Part shown: positions 1-12,860 of the stretch, in pieces
How the letters are laid out: every line of letters starts with the position of its first letter
Numbering within the stretch: the stretch's first letter is position 1
NCBI GenBank assembly: GCA_964016885.1
Contig: CAXHJY010000157.1
Span: 86,629-150,628 of the forward strand
DNA length: 64,000 bases
Direction: 5' to 3'
Origin: Eledone cirrhosa
Taxonomy: Eukaryota
Notes under the pieces: generated by a model
The model's input: the letters and a program-made list of their open reading frames with translations, nothing else
What the model was told of the DNA's origin: nothing
The model's database searches: none
Translations under genes and position numbers: made by a program

Positions 1-841
1 GTGTGTGTGTGTATATATATATATATATTTATTTATATATATATATATATGTGTGTGTGTGTATGTACGTATGTATGCATGTATGTATGTTATACACACA
101 TGTATATGTGTGTGTGTGTGTAGACAGTGAAAGAGAGAGAGAGAGAGAGAAATAATTAGCACTTTTGAAAACAGCCTGCAGAGGAACAAATGGGTGTATA
201 CATAGAATTATTCTCGGAATTATTGCTAATGAAGACGTAATTACAAATAGACAAACACACACGTTGATTGTTCCTTCGCCCGTTTATACACACACATATG
301 TGTGTGTGTGTGTTTATACGTATGTATATATAGGTATGTATATGCGTATATATATAAATATATATATACATACGTGTTTGTGTGTGTGTTTGTATACACG
401 TTCGTATTTGTGTGTGTATGTGCGTGAACACCTATATGTGTTTGTGTGTGTGTGTGTGTGGAAGAGAGACGGGAATGATACAATAATGGATGCGCACTAA
501 TTTGAGAACAAAATAGAAGGCAACAACCCAGTAAGTGGGATTTGGTCAACGTCTGTCACTCTCTGGCTCTTAAATGTTCCAAGTCTGAATATGACAGTCT
601 GAAGAACTTGTAAGATAGAGTGAAAATCCAAATGCAAAAAGAAACCACCACGTTTGTTACACAGACAGGGCACATTCAGCAAGGGAGTGGGTTGTGAAGC
701 TACCTGGTCTTTCAAAAATATTTATAAAGATATGAACCTCAGATTACATCGGGATAACACTATATTTAATGCAGAATGGTGGGGATTTACGTCATCCATA
801 AATTCAGCTAAGGAATTGCCCTGGAAAAATGGTTATCTATT

Positions 842-1027
842 TATAATTGTTTCTACTATTGACACAAGTCCAGCAATTATCGCAGTGCATTACTGGTACT
901 TTATTTTATCGACCTCCTAAGGATGAAAGGCAAAGTTAACCACGGCGTGATTTGAACTCAGACCATAAAGGGGCGTAACTCGATGCTGGAAAGCATGGCG
1001 TCCGACCCTCTACCAATACTGCCAATC
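842..1027 (-). mobile_element. tRNA-derived SINE with Deu/Nin-like central domain (family A)
   Basis: Minus strand has A-box-like TGGCAGTATTGG, B-box GTTCAAATC, then GCCTTTCATCCTT..GGTCGATAAAATAAAGTACC, resembling the Deu/Nin domain; at least 7 similar copies in the window. Confidence 0.8.
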
Positions 1028-1043
1028 GATCGGAAAATAATAA

Positions 1044-1590
1044 CTGATTTGGATACCGGACCACACAGATATTAGAGGAAATAGGAAAGCAGACGAATTA
1101 ACAAAAGAGGGAGCACAAAGGGAAATAATAGATATAGACTACATCCCAAATCTTCCGCAGGTAAAATCATTTAGCAAACAAATAATTAAGCAAATGAGGG
1201 AAACCTTTTAGGAACAATCCAGAGATAAGTTCACAAATTATAATCCCCCACTTTCTCAACCAGATTTGATAACATTCAAAACTTATCTACCATTGAATAA
1301 TGCAAATAAAAAGACTATGCTGGCTTCGAACTGGACCTTTGAAGTACATTCTATCAAGAACACGTCGTAGAGATCCACCTCTATGTCCTTGGTGTGACTC
1401 TCGAGAAACTATTTGGCACCATTTGTTCCAATGAAGAAACTATCAGTCTGAGAGAGAGGCCATGCTGAAACCAATTTTTAAAAAACTACCAAGATTGGAA
1501 GTTCAATATAAGATTACAGGTCTACCAAATATAAACAGAATCTTTCAATACATGGAAGCTACGAAAAGATTTAACAGAGAAATGTCTAGC
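1044..1590 (+). pseudogene. Degenerate RNase H-containing LINE 3' fragment (I/Nimb/Ingi-like)
   Basis: Translates LIWIPDHTDIRGNRKADELTK (RNase H WIPGH..GNE.AD motif), then a decayed zinc knuckle CPWCDSRETIWHHLFQ*; contains stops. Confidence 0.65.
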
Positions 1591-1650
1591 AGTTTTACAG
1601 CTTCCCTTGTTTCCTTTTCTTTTCTTTTTCATAATCTGCCTCTCATTCGT

Positions 1651-1693
<43 letters not shown>

Positions 1694-1698
<5 letters not shown>

Positions 1699-2030
1699 GG
1701 AGGTGAGTTTTATTGTAGCACAATAAAGCAATGGAAATATCGGATAAGTAGCACTCTACAGTTTGTAGGACTGGAGTATAAATAATATAAGATCGAAAGA
1801 TGGTTAAAAGAGTTCCAAGTATTTTATTATACGCATTTCAAAAACAAATATCATCATGGGATGTTGATTTAAAACTTCACTGCTCACAAGTGTTTTTTAA
1901 GCTTCATATCATGTCTCCCTATTTTATCTGATGAGAAAGCAGATATCATCCCATGGTGATATTTGTTTTTGAAATGCGCATAATAAAATACTTGGAACTC
2001 TTTTAACCCTCTTTTGCTCTTATATTATAT
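1694..2030. mobile_element. Fold-back solo pLTR of the Naiad family at 49170-54108
   Basis: 1694-1862 is the reverse complement of the element end at about 53950-54108; 1862-2030 matches 53855-54021 directly; flanked by (TA)n. Confidence 0.85.
1920..1990 (+). ncRNA. Type I hammerhead ribozyme
   Basis: tattttat-CTGATGA-[gaaagcagatatcatc/ggtgatatttgttttt]-GAAA-tgcgca-TA-ataaaata; 8-bp stem I, long stem II, palindromic stem III. Confidence 0.85.
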
Positions 2031-2072
2031 ATATATTAAATATATATATATATAAAATATATATATATATAT

Positions 2073-2111
<39 letters not shown>

Positions 2112-2153
2112 TATATATATATATATTATATATATATTATATATATATATAAT

Positions 2154-2287
<134 letters not shown>

Positions 2288-2356
2288 AAAAAGAGATGAA
2301 ATCGAAAATGCAACTGAAGTCTTATTTTCTTTTTAAATATATATATTTATTTGGTT

Positions 2357-2394
2357 CCTTTACCGGTTTCGCAGTTCTTCTGCTTTTCAAAAGG
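2357..2394 (-). ncRNA. Minimal type I hammerhead ribozyme, U3:A8 core variant
   Basis: Minus strand: cctt-TTGAAAA-gcag aagaa ctgc-GAAA-ccgg-TA-aagg. Confidence 0.7.
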
Positions 2395-2889
2395 TGAGTT
2401 GAGATGGAGGGTCTGTGGTTTTTCTCACATCTGGTTGGTCTCTAAATGTTACTTGTTTTATATGGAAAAAGTGGCTCGAAAGCCAGGTTTTTCGAGAAGT
2501 AATTTGATTGGTTTGTCAATAATTATAATAAATTTCGCGCCAGTTTAATAGTTCTTCAAATAAGAGGGGGGGGTTGTCACAGGTTGTTTTTTCATATATG
2601 AGTGTTTGAATTTCTTTTTACTTGAAACAAGGAGGCTCACGAAGGCTTTTTTTTGGTTGGTTATAAATGAAATTTGGCTGTCACGTGAACAAGTTTTCAT
2701 TACATTTTTGCGCCCTTATTTGGAAAACTATTCTGTAGTCTTTATAGTGAATGTTATGACAATAGAGAGATAGTGGTCAAGGGATTGGGAGAAATGTTCT
2801 GGTTCAGTGAATATGGCCAGCTGTCAGAGTTCAGGTGTCAGAGTTCAGATTTTCTATTGAGACTGAAGATATGTGTTTATTTGTGTGCT

Positions 2890-2920
<31 letters not shown>

Positions 2921-3177
2921 ATGTGTGTATTGGAAGATGATTCTATTAGTAGAAATGGGGGAGGGAGTTGTGTGTGTGTGTATATGGGTGTTATGTGTGT
3001 GTGTGCGAGTATGTTAAGATGGAGAGAATATATATTTTGTGTGTGTGTATATATATATGTGTGTAGGAAAGTGGTTCTATTAGTAGAAATGGGGAGGGAG
3101 TTGTAGGTGTGGGGGTTGTTATGTGTGTGTATGGGTGTTATGTGTGTGGGAGTATGGTTAGCATGTTAAGATGAAGA

Positions 3178-3216
<39 letters not shown>

Positions 3217-3424
3217 GTGTGTGTATGTGTGTGTGTAGGAAAGTGATTCCTTTAGTAGGAATATTTTTGAATGAACATATTTTCCTGACTTTTTCGTGTT
3301 TGCTGTTGTATTGCCAGTGCAAACGTATGTTAAGGTTTATTTAGTTCGGGTTTTTATTTTCTAAAGTAGAAGGTGTTATGTGTGTGTGTGTGTATGTGAT
3401 ATTGTGGTGTTGACATAATGTATA

Positions 3425-5005
3425 TTAAACCTTATTTAATGTTGGTCTATATTTTTGAATAAACATATGTTCCTTATGTATTCGCATTTGTTCTGTTGTA
3501 TTGTTAGCGCAAAGGTAAAATGGGAAGACTTGGAATTTGGGTGTCTTATTACTTGCACAAATGTCTAGATATGCACTTAGTGGTATCTGTCTCGTGGTTG
3601 GATCTCGTAATTGTTGGCGATGAACTGTCATTCTGTTTCTGAGTGTGAGTTTAGTTTGTCCTATATAATCTTCATTGCATCCTTTACATTTAATGGCATA
3701 AATTAGATTTTTTGATGAGCAAGTGAAGTGATTTTTTACAGTAAAATTTTGTCCTGATTTAAATGTATACGTGTTGCCTTCAATGAGGTGAGTGCAGGTT
3801 CCACAATTAGAGCGACCACATTTTTTGATACTTGGTTGTGGGTTTGTGGTAGGTAATTTGGCATTGGTGAGTAATGTTTTCAGTGATTTTGGTTGTCTTT
3901 TGCTTTTGATTATTTTGTGTGTTTCAAGGGCTTTTTTCATTCTTGGGTTTTGTTTTAGTAGTGGGATGTTATTGTGAATAGTGTTGTAAGCTTCCGCATT
4001 TCTTGGGTTGTGTGTTGAGATATATGATAGAATATTGGACGTACCTTGAATTTGTTTCTGTTTCCGTAATTCATCAATGCCTATTGCTTTAGCCCTTTCT
4101 ATTCCATTATTTATTAGTAATAGTGGGTACTCTCTCTCAAGTAGAATTTCCTTTAATTCTTGAAGTCTTTTATTTCGCGTTTCATAATTGGAGACAATTG
4201 TGCAAATTCTTCTTGCTAGGTTAAAAGGAATGTTCGTCTTCGTGTGCTTTGGATGGTTGGAGGTGAATATCAGGTATTGTTTGGAATCTGTTGGTTTGTA
4301 GTGTATGTCAGTTTCGATATTTGTGTCTTTTTTTGTGATTAAGATGTCCAGAAATTGGAGTTGATCTTGGCTGTATTCCATTGTGAATTGGATGTGGTTA
4401 TTGATGCCGTTTATTAAGTTTTTGAAATCCTTCAGTTGGTCGAGTGTGTGGGACCAAAGAATGAGGCAATCATCCAAGTAGCGTTTCCAATTCTCTGATA
4501 AATATTTGTGGAAGTTCAATCCGTATTTTGATTTGGACTGTTCATATATCTGGACTTCTAAGTATGCCATGACTAAGTTGGCATAAGTTGGAGCGGCTTT
4601 TGTGCCCATCGGAGTCCCCGATATTTGCTTGTAAGTACTGCCATCGAAATCAAAAAAGTTGTTCTGTAGGATGAATTTTAATCCCTCGGTGATGAAGCTT
4701 TTTTCTATTCTGTCAGGTATCTCATTGGGATATTTCTCTAGCCAGAATCCTATTGCTTCTAGTCCGTATTGGTGTGGGATCGTTGTGTAGAGATTCACTA
4801 CATCGAAAGACACAATAATAGTGTCGTTGTTGACATGTTTGGGAAGGTGGTTTAAGAGGTCCAGATCGTCTGTTACAAGGCTTGGTATGTGTTTCAGTAT
4901 TGGTTTCAGTAGTATGTCTATAAAGTTGCTCAATCTGTGTGTTTCACATTGTGGGCCCGCTACAATTGGTCTTAATTTAAGGTCTGTGGGGTATTGTGTG
5001 TTCAC
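3425..5005 (-). CDS. PLE reverse transcriptase + GIY-YIG endonuclease (Neptune-like, N-terminally truncated)
   Basis: Motifs LRPIV, SFDVVNLYT, GTPMGT, WKRYLDD, FLDI, YKPT; Cys linker CGRSNCGTC; NLIYAIKC..YIGQT..R...H; 526 aa uninterrupted. Confidence 0.95.
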   Translation of the reverse strand: MNTQYPTDLKLRPIVAGPQCETHRLSNFIDILLKPILKHIPSLVTDDLDLLNHLPKHVNNDTIIVSFDVVNLYTTIPHQYGLEAIGFWLEKYPNEIPDRIEKSFITEGLKFILQNNFFDFDGSTYKQISGTPMGTKAAPTYANLVMAYLEVQIYEQSKSKYGLNFHKYLSENWKRYLDDCLILWSHTLDQLKDFKNLINGINNHIQFTMEYSQDQLQFLDILITKKDTNIETDIHYKPTDSKQYLIFTSNHPKHTKTNIPFNLARRICTIVSNYETRNKRLQELKEILLEREYPLLLINNGIERAKAIGIDELRKQKQIQGTSNILSYISTHNPRNAEAYNTIHNNIPLLKQNPRMKKALETHKIIKSKRQPKSLKTLLTNAKLPTTNPQPSIKKCGRSNCGTCTHLIEGNTYTFKSGQNFTVKNHFTCSSKNLIYAIKCKGCNEDYIGQTKLTLRNRMTVHRQQLRDPTTRQIPLSAYLDICASNKTPKFQVFPFYLCANNTTEQMRIHKEHMFIQKYRPTLNKV

Positions 5006-5064
5006 GCAGGCTGAGGTGGATTGTTTACAGGCATCGTTGATTATTTTACATTTGTGGATCTCAC

Positions 5065-5108
<44 letters not shown>

Positions 5109-5172
5109 CTAAAACGATGCTACACAAGTTTGAATGGCATCGAAACAGGAAGCATTAATCAGGAAGACTAAT

Positions 5173-5349
5173 AATTGTTTCTACTTTAGGCACAAGGCCA
5201 GTAATTATCTCAGTGCATTACTGGTACTTTATTTTATCGAACCCGTAAGAATGAAAGGCAAATTTAATCTCGGCGGATTTGAACTCAAAACATAAAGGGA
5301 CGTAACTATGCTGGAAACCATGGCGTCCGACCCTCTACCGATATTGCCT
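5173..5349 (-). mobile_element. SINE family A
   Basis: Same sequence as 842-1027 and 60903-61093. Confidence 0.8.
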
Positions 5350-5801
5350 AAAGAATAATAATGGTTTCTAAACCAGACACATGGACAGCCATTTGGAGAA
5401 AGGAAACGTCGATGAAATCGAACTCAGTATTTGATGGGTACTTTAATTTATCTGCCATGCAAGGAAAAGAGATATATTCGGTTAACGAGTTTTAAACCCA
5501 AAACTATAAACAAAGCAAGTTAATAAAACGAAAGTGGGAAAATAATTTTTTAAAAGTTGAAATCAGTTAGAGAGGAGAAAAATTTAGTAAAGTGAATTCT
5601 TATCTCAAGAAATTATATAATAATGACAATAAATTAATTTACAATTATAAAGAAAGTAGAAGAATCTACGTAAAATAGTTTTCTGACGTTATGGAATGCA
5701 CTAGATTGCTACTCAATTACTGTATTGGGGAAAAATTTAGAGAAACAAATTTTGTTGCAACATTTTAGGCGGAGACTATGACAGACAAATGACTTGCATG
5801 C

Positions 5802-6800
<999 letters not shown>

Positions 6801-7184
6801 ATAAAATATATACATGTGTGTGTGCGGCACGCGTGTGTGTATCTGTGTGCGCGTGTATATGTGCATGTATGCATGCAAAGTCCCATAACTCCTGAGGGAG
6901 TCGTAGGGGAGCCGTACTGACATACCTGTTTCTAAAGCACTTTTAAACCTGGCGGAGCCCAATCCTCTGTATGTCCGAATCTATATATAAATTGCGAGCG
7001 ATTTCCGTGAGTCACACAATGTGTGTATGTGTGTATCTGTGTGTGTGTGTGTGCGTGTATGTGTGTGTGTGTGTAAATGTAATGTGTGTGGGGGGGGGTG
7101 TAAATGTAATGTGTCTGTGTAAATGTAAATCTTGTTTGCAATTATGCAAACAGCCTCTTAAACTATGTGAGTAGAACAATATCA

Positions 7185-7440
7185 GAACATCGTCATTCTT
7201 GCTCTTGTGTTGGCATTTATGCAGAACGACAGACACAAATATTTCTGGGTCATTACCCATCATCAATACCATATACTGTTTACGTGCCAACTGTCAGAAC
7301 TAGAGAAAATATATGATATTTTCTGGAATATACACTGACTGATCGGCCTGATTTGCATATTAGCAAACTGCCTGATCAGTCAGATCTGCATATTAGCAGA
7401 CCCACTGATCAACAAGATTTGAATATCAGCAGGTAGGCCA
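7185..7440 (-). mobile_element. PLE pLTR fragment (family of 19020-19690) with degenerate hammerhead at about 7227-7270
   Basis: Reverse-complement match to 19335-19595; core reads TTGATGA-tgggt/accca-GAAA-tatttgtg-TC; three 33-bp repeats. Confidence 0.65.
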
Positions 7441-7519
7441 GTATAGTTTTGTGTATGAATTGGGGCCCAGAACCCAAAGAAAGAAACTTGAGTACCTGTT
7501 TATGACACTGTTGTAATTA

Positions 7520-7558
<39 letters not shown>

Positions 7559-7587
7559 CAGAGTATAACAGTTTTAATATAGATGAG

Positions 7588-7634
7588 ATTCTACAGGACT
7601 AGAACTGTTTCATTCATTAGAAATCATCAGGAAT
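7588..7634 (-). ncRNA. Type I hammerhead ribozyme
   Basis: attc-CTGATGA-tttctaatgaat-GAAA-cag ttctagtc ctg-TA-gaat; paralogs at 18884 and 25919. Confidence 0.7.
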
Positions 7635-7638
7635 ATAC

Positions 7639-7761
<123 letters not shown>

Positions 7762-8126
7762 TATGAGAAAGAGAGAGAAAGAAATAGATACATAACAATT
7801 TTCTATGGGGTATATAATCTACCCTTATATCTATGGTGCTGATGCATTTTAAAAATATAGGCCATTTAAAAATACACTCACGCACACACACGCATATGTA
7901 TATATATATATACATATATATATATGTGTGTATGTGTGTGTGTGTGCCTCTGTTTGTATTTGTGTATTTTTAAATTGCTTATATTTAAAAATGCATCAAC
8001 GCAGTGGGTTACATACCCCATGGAATAGGTAACAGAAGTTACGTAGTTATGTATATATGTACCGTATATATATACACACACACATATATATACATACACA
8101 CACACACACACATATATATATGTATA

Positions 8127-8246
<120 letters not shown>

Positions 8247-8354
8247 CATCTATATACATATATATATACATATATATATATATTTATATATATAAGTATA
8301 TATAATATATAGGTATATTTAAATACATATACCTATATATATATAAATACACGG

Positions 8355-8395
<41 letters not shown>

Positions 8396-8396
8396 C

Positions 8397-8439
<43 letters not shown>

Positions 8440-8482
8440 GACGAAACATAAGTCAATTGCATGAACTCATAATCCTTTATTT

Positions 8483-8538
8483 ACTGCTATATATATTTCG
8501 ATGATAGCCATTGAATGGCTATGACCTCATCAGGCAGT
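8483..8538 (-). ncRNA. Type I hammerhead ribozyme
   Basis: actgc-CTGATGA-[ggtcatagccat/atggctatcatc]-GAAA-tatata-TA-gcagt; its downstream flank recurs inverted at about 16916-16959. Confidence 0.85.
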
Positions 8539-8602
8539 TAGTCAGATCTTAGATATGCCAGCTCTGTGTGTATAGTGTTGATGGTATCAGAGCCTTGGGA
8601 CA

Positions 8603-8702
<100 letters not shown>

Positions 8703-8754
8703 TATATATATATACATGTATATATATGTATATATATATATATATACGTATATT

Positions 8755-8848
<94 letters not shown>

Positions 8849-9147
8849 TGATTCTTAATGCGATTTAATACCAATGATGGATGGAAAATCACTGACGAAG
8901 GACTATTTTTATCATATGTAACCCATGTGCAAACCACGCAGTATCCTTCTTTCTTCTCATGTTTTATATATATATATGTATATATATATATATACATATT
9001 TTGACTGCTGTTTCGTCTCATTCTGACGTCACCAGCCATGTTCTCCATGTGTATTTATTTTCATAATTCCGCACGAGGTGAACTAGCCTGCTTTTAAATT
9101 CCCTTTCTGGCATATTTTAGCAGTAGGTTTTGCTTATCGTGTTTTGA

Positions 9148-9227
9148 GCTCTACTGATGAAGACTCCAACCTTGACTAATTCCTCTGAAAAGTTTCGTGA
9201 AATAGTCTTTTTAAGACTATATAGAGC
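9148..9227 (+). ncRNA. Type I hammerhead-like motif with full stem III and poor stem II
   Basis: gctcta-CTGATGA-(38 nt)-GAAA-tagtctt ttt aagacta-TA-tagagc. Confidence 0.6.
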
Positions 9228-9459
9228 ATTTGTAGTTTTTCCAAATTGAAGGATGAGTATTTAAACTTTATTTTTTCCCTCGATTTCACAAAATCTGTGG
9301 ATAAAATTTCTCTCTTGATTATTTTTTTGATTGAGTTGGAATTATTTTCTCATATCTTACGTTAAATATTTTCCATTTTGACGTTATAGTCACCTATATA
9401 TTATAAAATATATTATGAAATACTGTTGGCTTCTTGCTCACATTAATTTCTCTATTTTC

Positions 9460-9527
<68 letters not shown>

Positions 9528-9690
9528 TCTATGTGTGTAAACATACGTACATGTAGTTATACATACATATATACTTATGTATGTATGTAATATATATGTT
9601 CACGAAAACTAATGCTTATTCTACAGCAGTCCATCATTTTCTTTATTAACACATTGTATTAGCGCATTTCAATTCTCTTAAATACACACA

Positions 9691-9748
<58 letters not shown>

Positions 9749-9754
9749 GAGAGA

Positions 9755-9850
<96 letters not shown>

Positions 9851-10012
9851 TGTGTATTTAAGAGAATTGAAATGCGCTAATAAAACGTGTTAACAAAGAA
9901 AATGATGGACTGCTGTAGAATAAGCATTAGTTTTCGTGAACATATATATTACTTACATACATAAATATATATGTATGTATAACTACATGTACGTATGTTT
10001 ACACACATAGCT
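9528..10012. repeat. Fold-back inverted repeat (~165-bp arms) around a (CT)n/(TA)n/(GA)n centre; probable pLTR remnant
   Basis: 9528-9695 is the reverse complement of 9845-10012; arm contains a hammerhead 3' half GAAA-tgcgc-TA-ataaaa. Confidence 0.75.
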
Positions 10013-10020
10013 CTATTTTA

Positions 10021-10109
<89 letters not shown>

Positions 10110-10112
<3 letters not shown>

Positions 10113-10360
10113 CATAAAACATGTCTATAGAATCGCCAGCTAAAATATATACCGTTTCCTCTCCCAATTAGTATAATTAACCATATAAAAATCAATTAGA
10201 CCAAGCTATAAGAATAAAGGCTCCTATGAAGAAATCTCCGACAAGTAACCGAAAGTATATATTTTATCTGGCGATTCTATAGACATGTTTTATGATATAT
10301 ATCTCTGATTATTTAATTTATTAATTCTTCATTGACCTACAAAGTGACCCGTTGCAAAAC
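10110..10360. mobile_element. Short fold-back element related to 24086-24780
   Basis: cataaaacatgtctatagaatcgccag inverted at about 10113-10139 / 10268-10294; shared tail attaattcttcattga...gttgcaa. Confidence 0.6.
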
Positions 10361-10409
10361 ACATATATATTTATGACTTCATATATATATATATATATAT
10401 GTAAACCTC

Positions 10410-10446
<37 letters not shown>

Positions 10447-10506
10447 ATATATATATATATATGTGTGTGTGATTGTGTGTGTGTGGGGGGGGGGATGTTT
10501 GTGTGA

Positions 10507-10549
<43 letters not shown>

Positions 10550-10550
<1 letters not shown>

Positions 10551-10722
10551 GCAAAAGTTCTATTTAAATTGTTGGGATACAACAAGCAAATATTTTTATA
10601 ACTGATATAAACCACTCAACAAGTATTTGGAGTAAACATACGATATTAACAAATGGAAACTATATTTATAAAACCATAAAATAAATATGGTTTTATAAAT
10701 ATAGTTTCCATTTGTTAATATC

Positions 10723-10725
<3 letters not shown>
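10550..10725. mobile_element. Fold-back pLTR end of the Naiad family at 54185-58373
   Basis: Matches 54185-54310; hairpin of about 40 bp centred near 10680. Confidence 0.75.
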
Positions 10726-10757
<32 letters not shown>

Positions 10758-10803
10758 CTTAATTCAAAATATTAACAAATATAGACATTCGTGTCATCAA
10801 GTG

Positions 10804-10870
10804 TATTTTATTATACATATTTCAAAGGTACTGAGCTGTCTTCAACAGTATGTCCTCATCAGATAAAATA
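10804..10870 (-). ncRNA. Type I hammerhead ribozyme in pLTR
   Basis: tattttat-CTGATGA-ggacatactg...cagtaccttt-GAAA-tatgta-TA-ataaaata. Confidence 0.8.
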
Positions 10871-11269
10871 AGATGATGCATGACATACCCTGACTAAATA
10901 GATGGTTAAAATTCAGTCATGGCAGTGAATAAGATATGACAAAACTCAATATTTATATACCTTAAGATTGAGACATGAGAAAATTACATATACTACAGAG
11001 GGTGCGTGTGAGAAAGCTTATAAAGATACATAATAATAAACAACTACTAATATAATATAAACCTACATAACTGTTAGAGATTCAAATAATTTAAATTATT
11101 GAAGAAAGAAGAAGTGAAGACAGAGAGAAAAACAGAAGAGGAAAAAAGAGAATGACTAGAAGTATAGAATTATCTTATGCACGAAAGCAAAAGAAAATTG
11201 ATTAAGGATAGAGAAAGGAGGAACAAATAAATGTTTATAGTATAAGTATAGGGTTAGGGTTTGATTGCT

Positions 11270-12810
11270 ACAGATGCTGGAGGAGCAAACCATATAACTG
11301 ATTTAGTTCTATTTTTCCCCGATTTATTCACGGTATTGGTATTTATATTTATATTTAAATAATTTTTAAAATCTAGTTTATTTGTGTTAGTCTTATTTTA
11401 TCTGGATTATAATTTAAATTAGTATTATCTATATATTCAATATTATTTTTATAACCTGCCTTATGTAGCGCGTCATTATAGTATCCTGCTTTTTCCTCAA
11501 ATATGGAATTGTTAGCGGATATTCTAGTTATGCGTTTCTGTACACTATGGACTATTGCATTTTTCACGGATTTAGGGTGATTAGAGTAATAGCTAACGTA
11601 ATTTAAGTTTTCATTGGACTTATGGAAAAGGTAATAAACTATTTTTGTACTACTTTCAACTTCTAATTTAAGGTCGTAAATTTTAAAGAATTCAATTATA
11701 GTTTTCTTAACCCTATTTAGTTCTGTATTGCTATGCTTGACAAATCTAAATAAAATATCGTCCCTATAAAAAACTACCGGTAATCTCCGGCAGTTTTCTA
11801 TTTACCATATTTAGGATAAAAATACAAAGAAGATCGGTAACCTGCACAGAGTCCGATGATCCCATGGTAATGTCAAAGTTTCTATTCCGATCTGAACGGG
11901 TCCAATACTCATTGTTAAAATTAATTAGAGTTCTTCTAGCAGTTAATATGATATTGATTTCATCTGCATTTAGATCTGTATGTTTGTAAGCATAAGACAA
12001 AGCCTTATTTAATAGGTTAGGTGTAATACAAGAATAATAACTTGCTATGTCCATTTGAATGAATTTGTGATTTTTCTTATATTCTATATTTTTAAACCAG
12101 TCAATTACTTCATTAGTGTCCTTCCATAAGCTCAATTTTGACTTCAATTTCAGAGTTAGTAAAATTCTGTCAATAATATTCTTACTGATTACTCCAATAT
12201 CCCATTTAGATGGAGCTATTAGTCTAACGGGCAGGTCTTACTCAAAGTTTCTCTTGTGATCCTTAAAATTTATCCTCGGCTGTCTAGGTATAAAAGGCTC
12301 TGTTCTTCCTTCAATTCCAAGTTTGGCTATTAATTTAAACGCGTCATTATTGATGTCTATAAGATCTTCGGCCGGGGCTTTTCTGTAATTTTTTCGCAGT
12401 TCTTTTAAAATTAAATCATTATATTCAGTTTTATCCATCCCATATAAGGTGTTGGTTTTGTCTGACTTAACCAATATTTTATTAACTTTTTTAAAATCCA
12501 AGATTTGTTCCTTCAGAGTTCTAAGGTATGGTGACCTTTCGATGGGGTTTTCTTGAATTTAATCTTCTTTAGTATATTAAGCATTTCGGTTTCAAAATCC
12601 TCCAGGAGTGTGTTGTATGGAGGATTTTTTCTAGATTTAAAGATGGTTTCGAAATAATTGTTGTTGCTTTTCCTTTTTGCTTCTTTGTTTTCGAAATGAA
12701 ATGCACGCCATCTCACTCTTCTTATAAAATATTTGTGTTGCTCAATGAGCTTCCTCGTGTATTCCTCATTCGATGGTATAGGTACATCCTTGAGAGATGT
12801 TGGGAACGTG
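11270..12810 (-). pseudogene. Naiad-type PLE RT ORF, frameshifted, endonuclease part deleted
   Basis: N-terminus SLKDVPIPS..Y..KLI..RRVRWRAFHF; KSDKT; FIQMDIASYY; FDITMGSSDS; YRDD (tatagggacgat near 11757-11768); SNHP; ends at WFAPP. Confidence 0.9.
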
Positions 12811-12860
12811 AAGAATTCAATTAATTATTAAATTTGTAATCTATTGTAGAGAAAGCGCTC

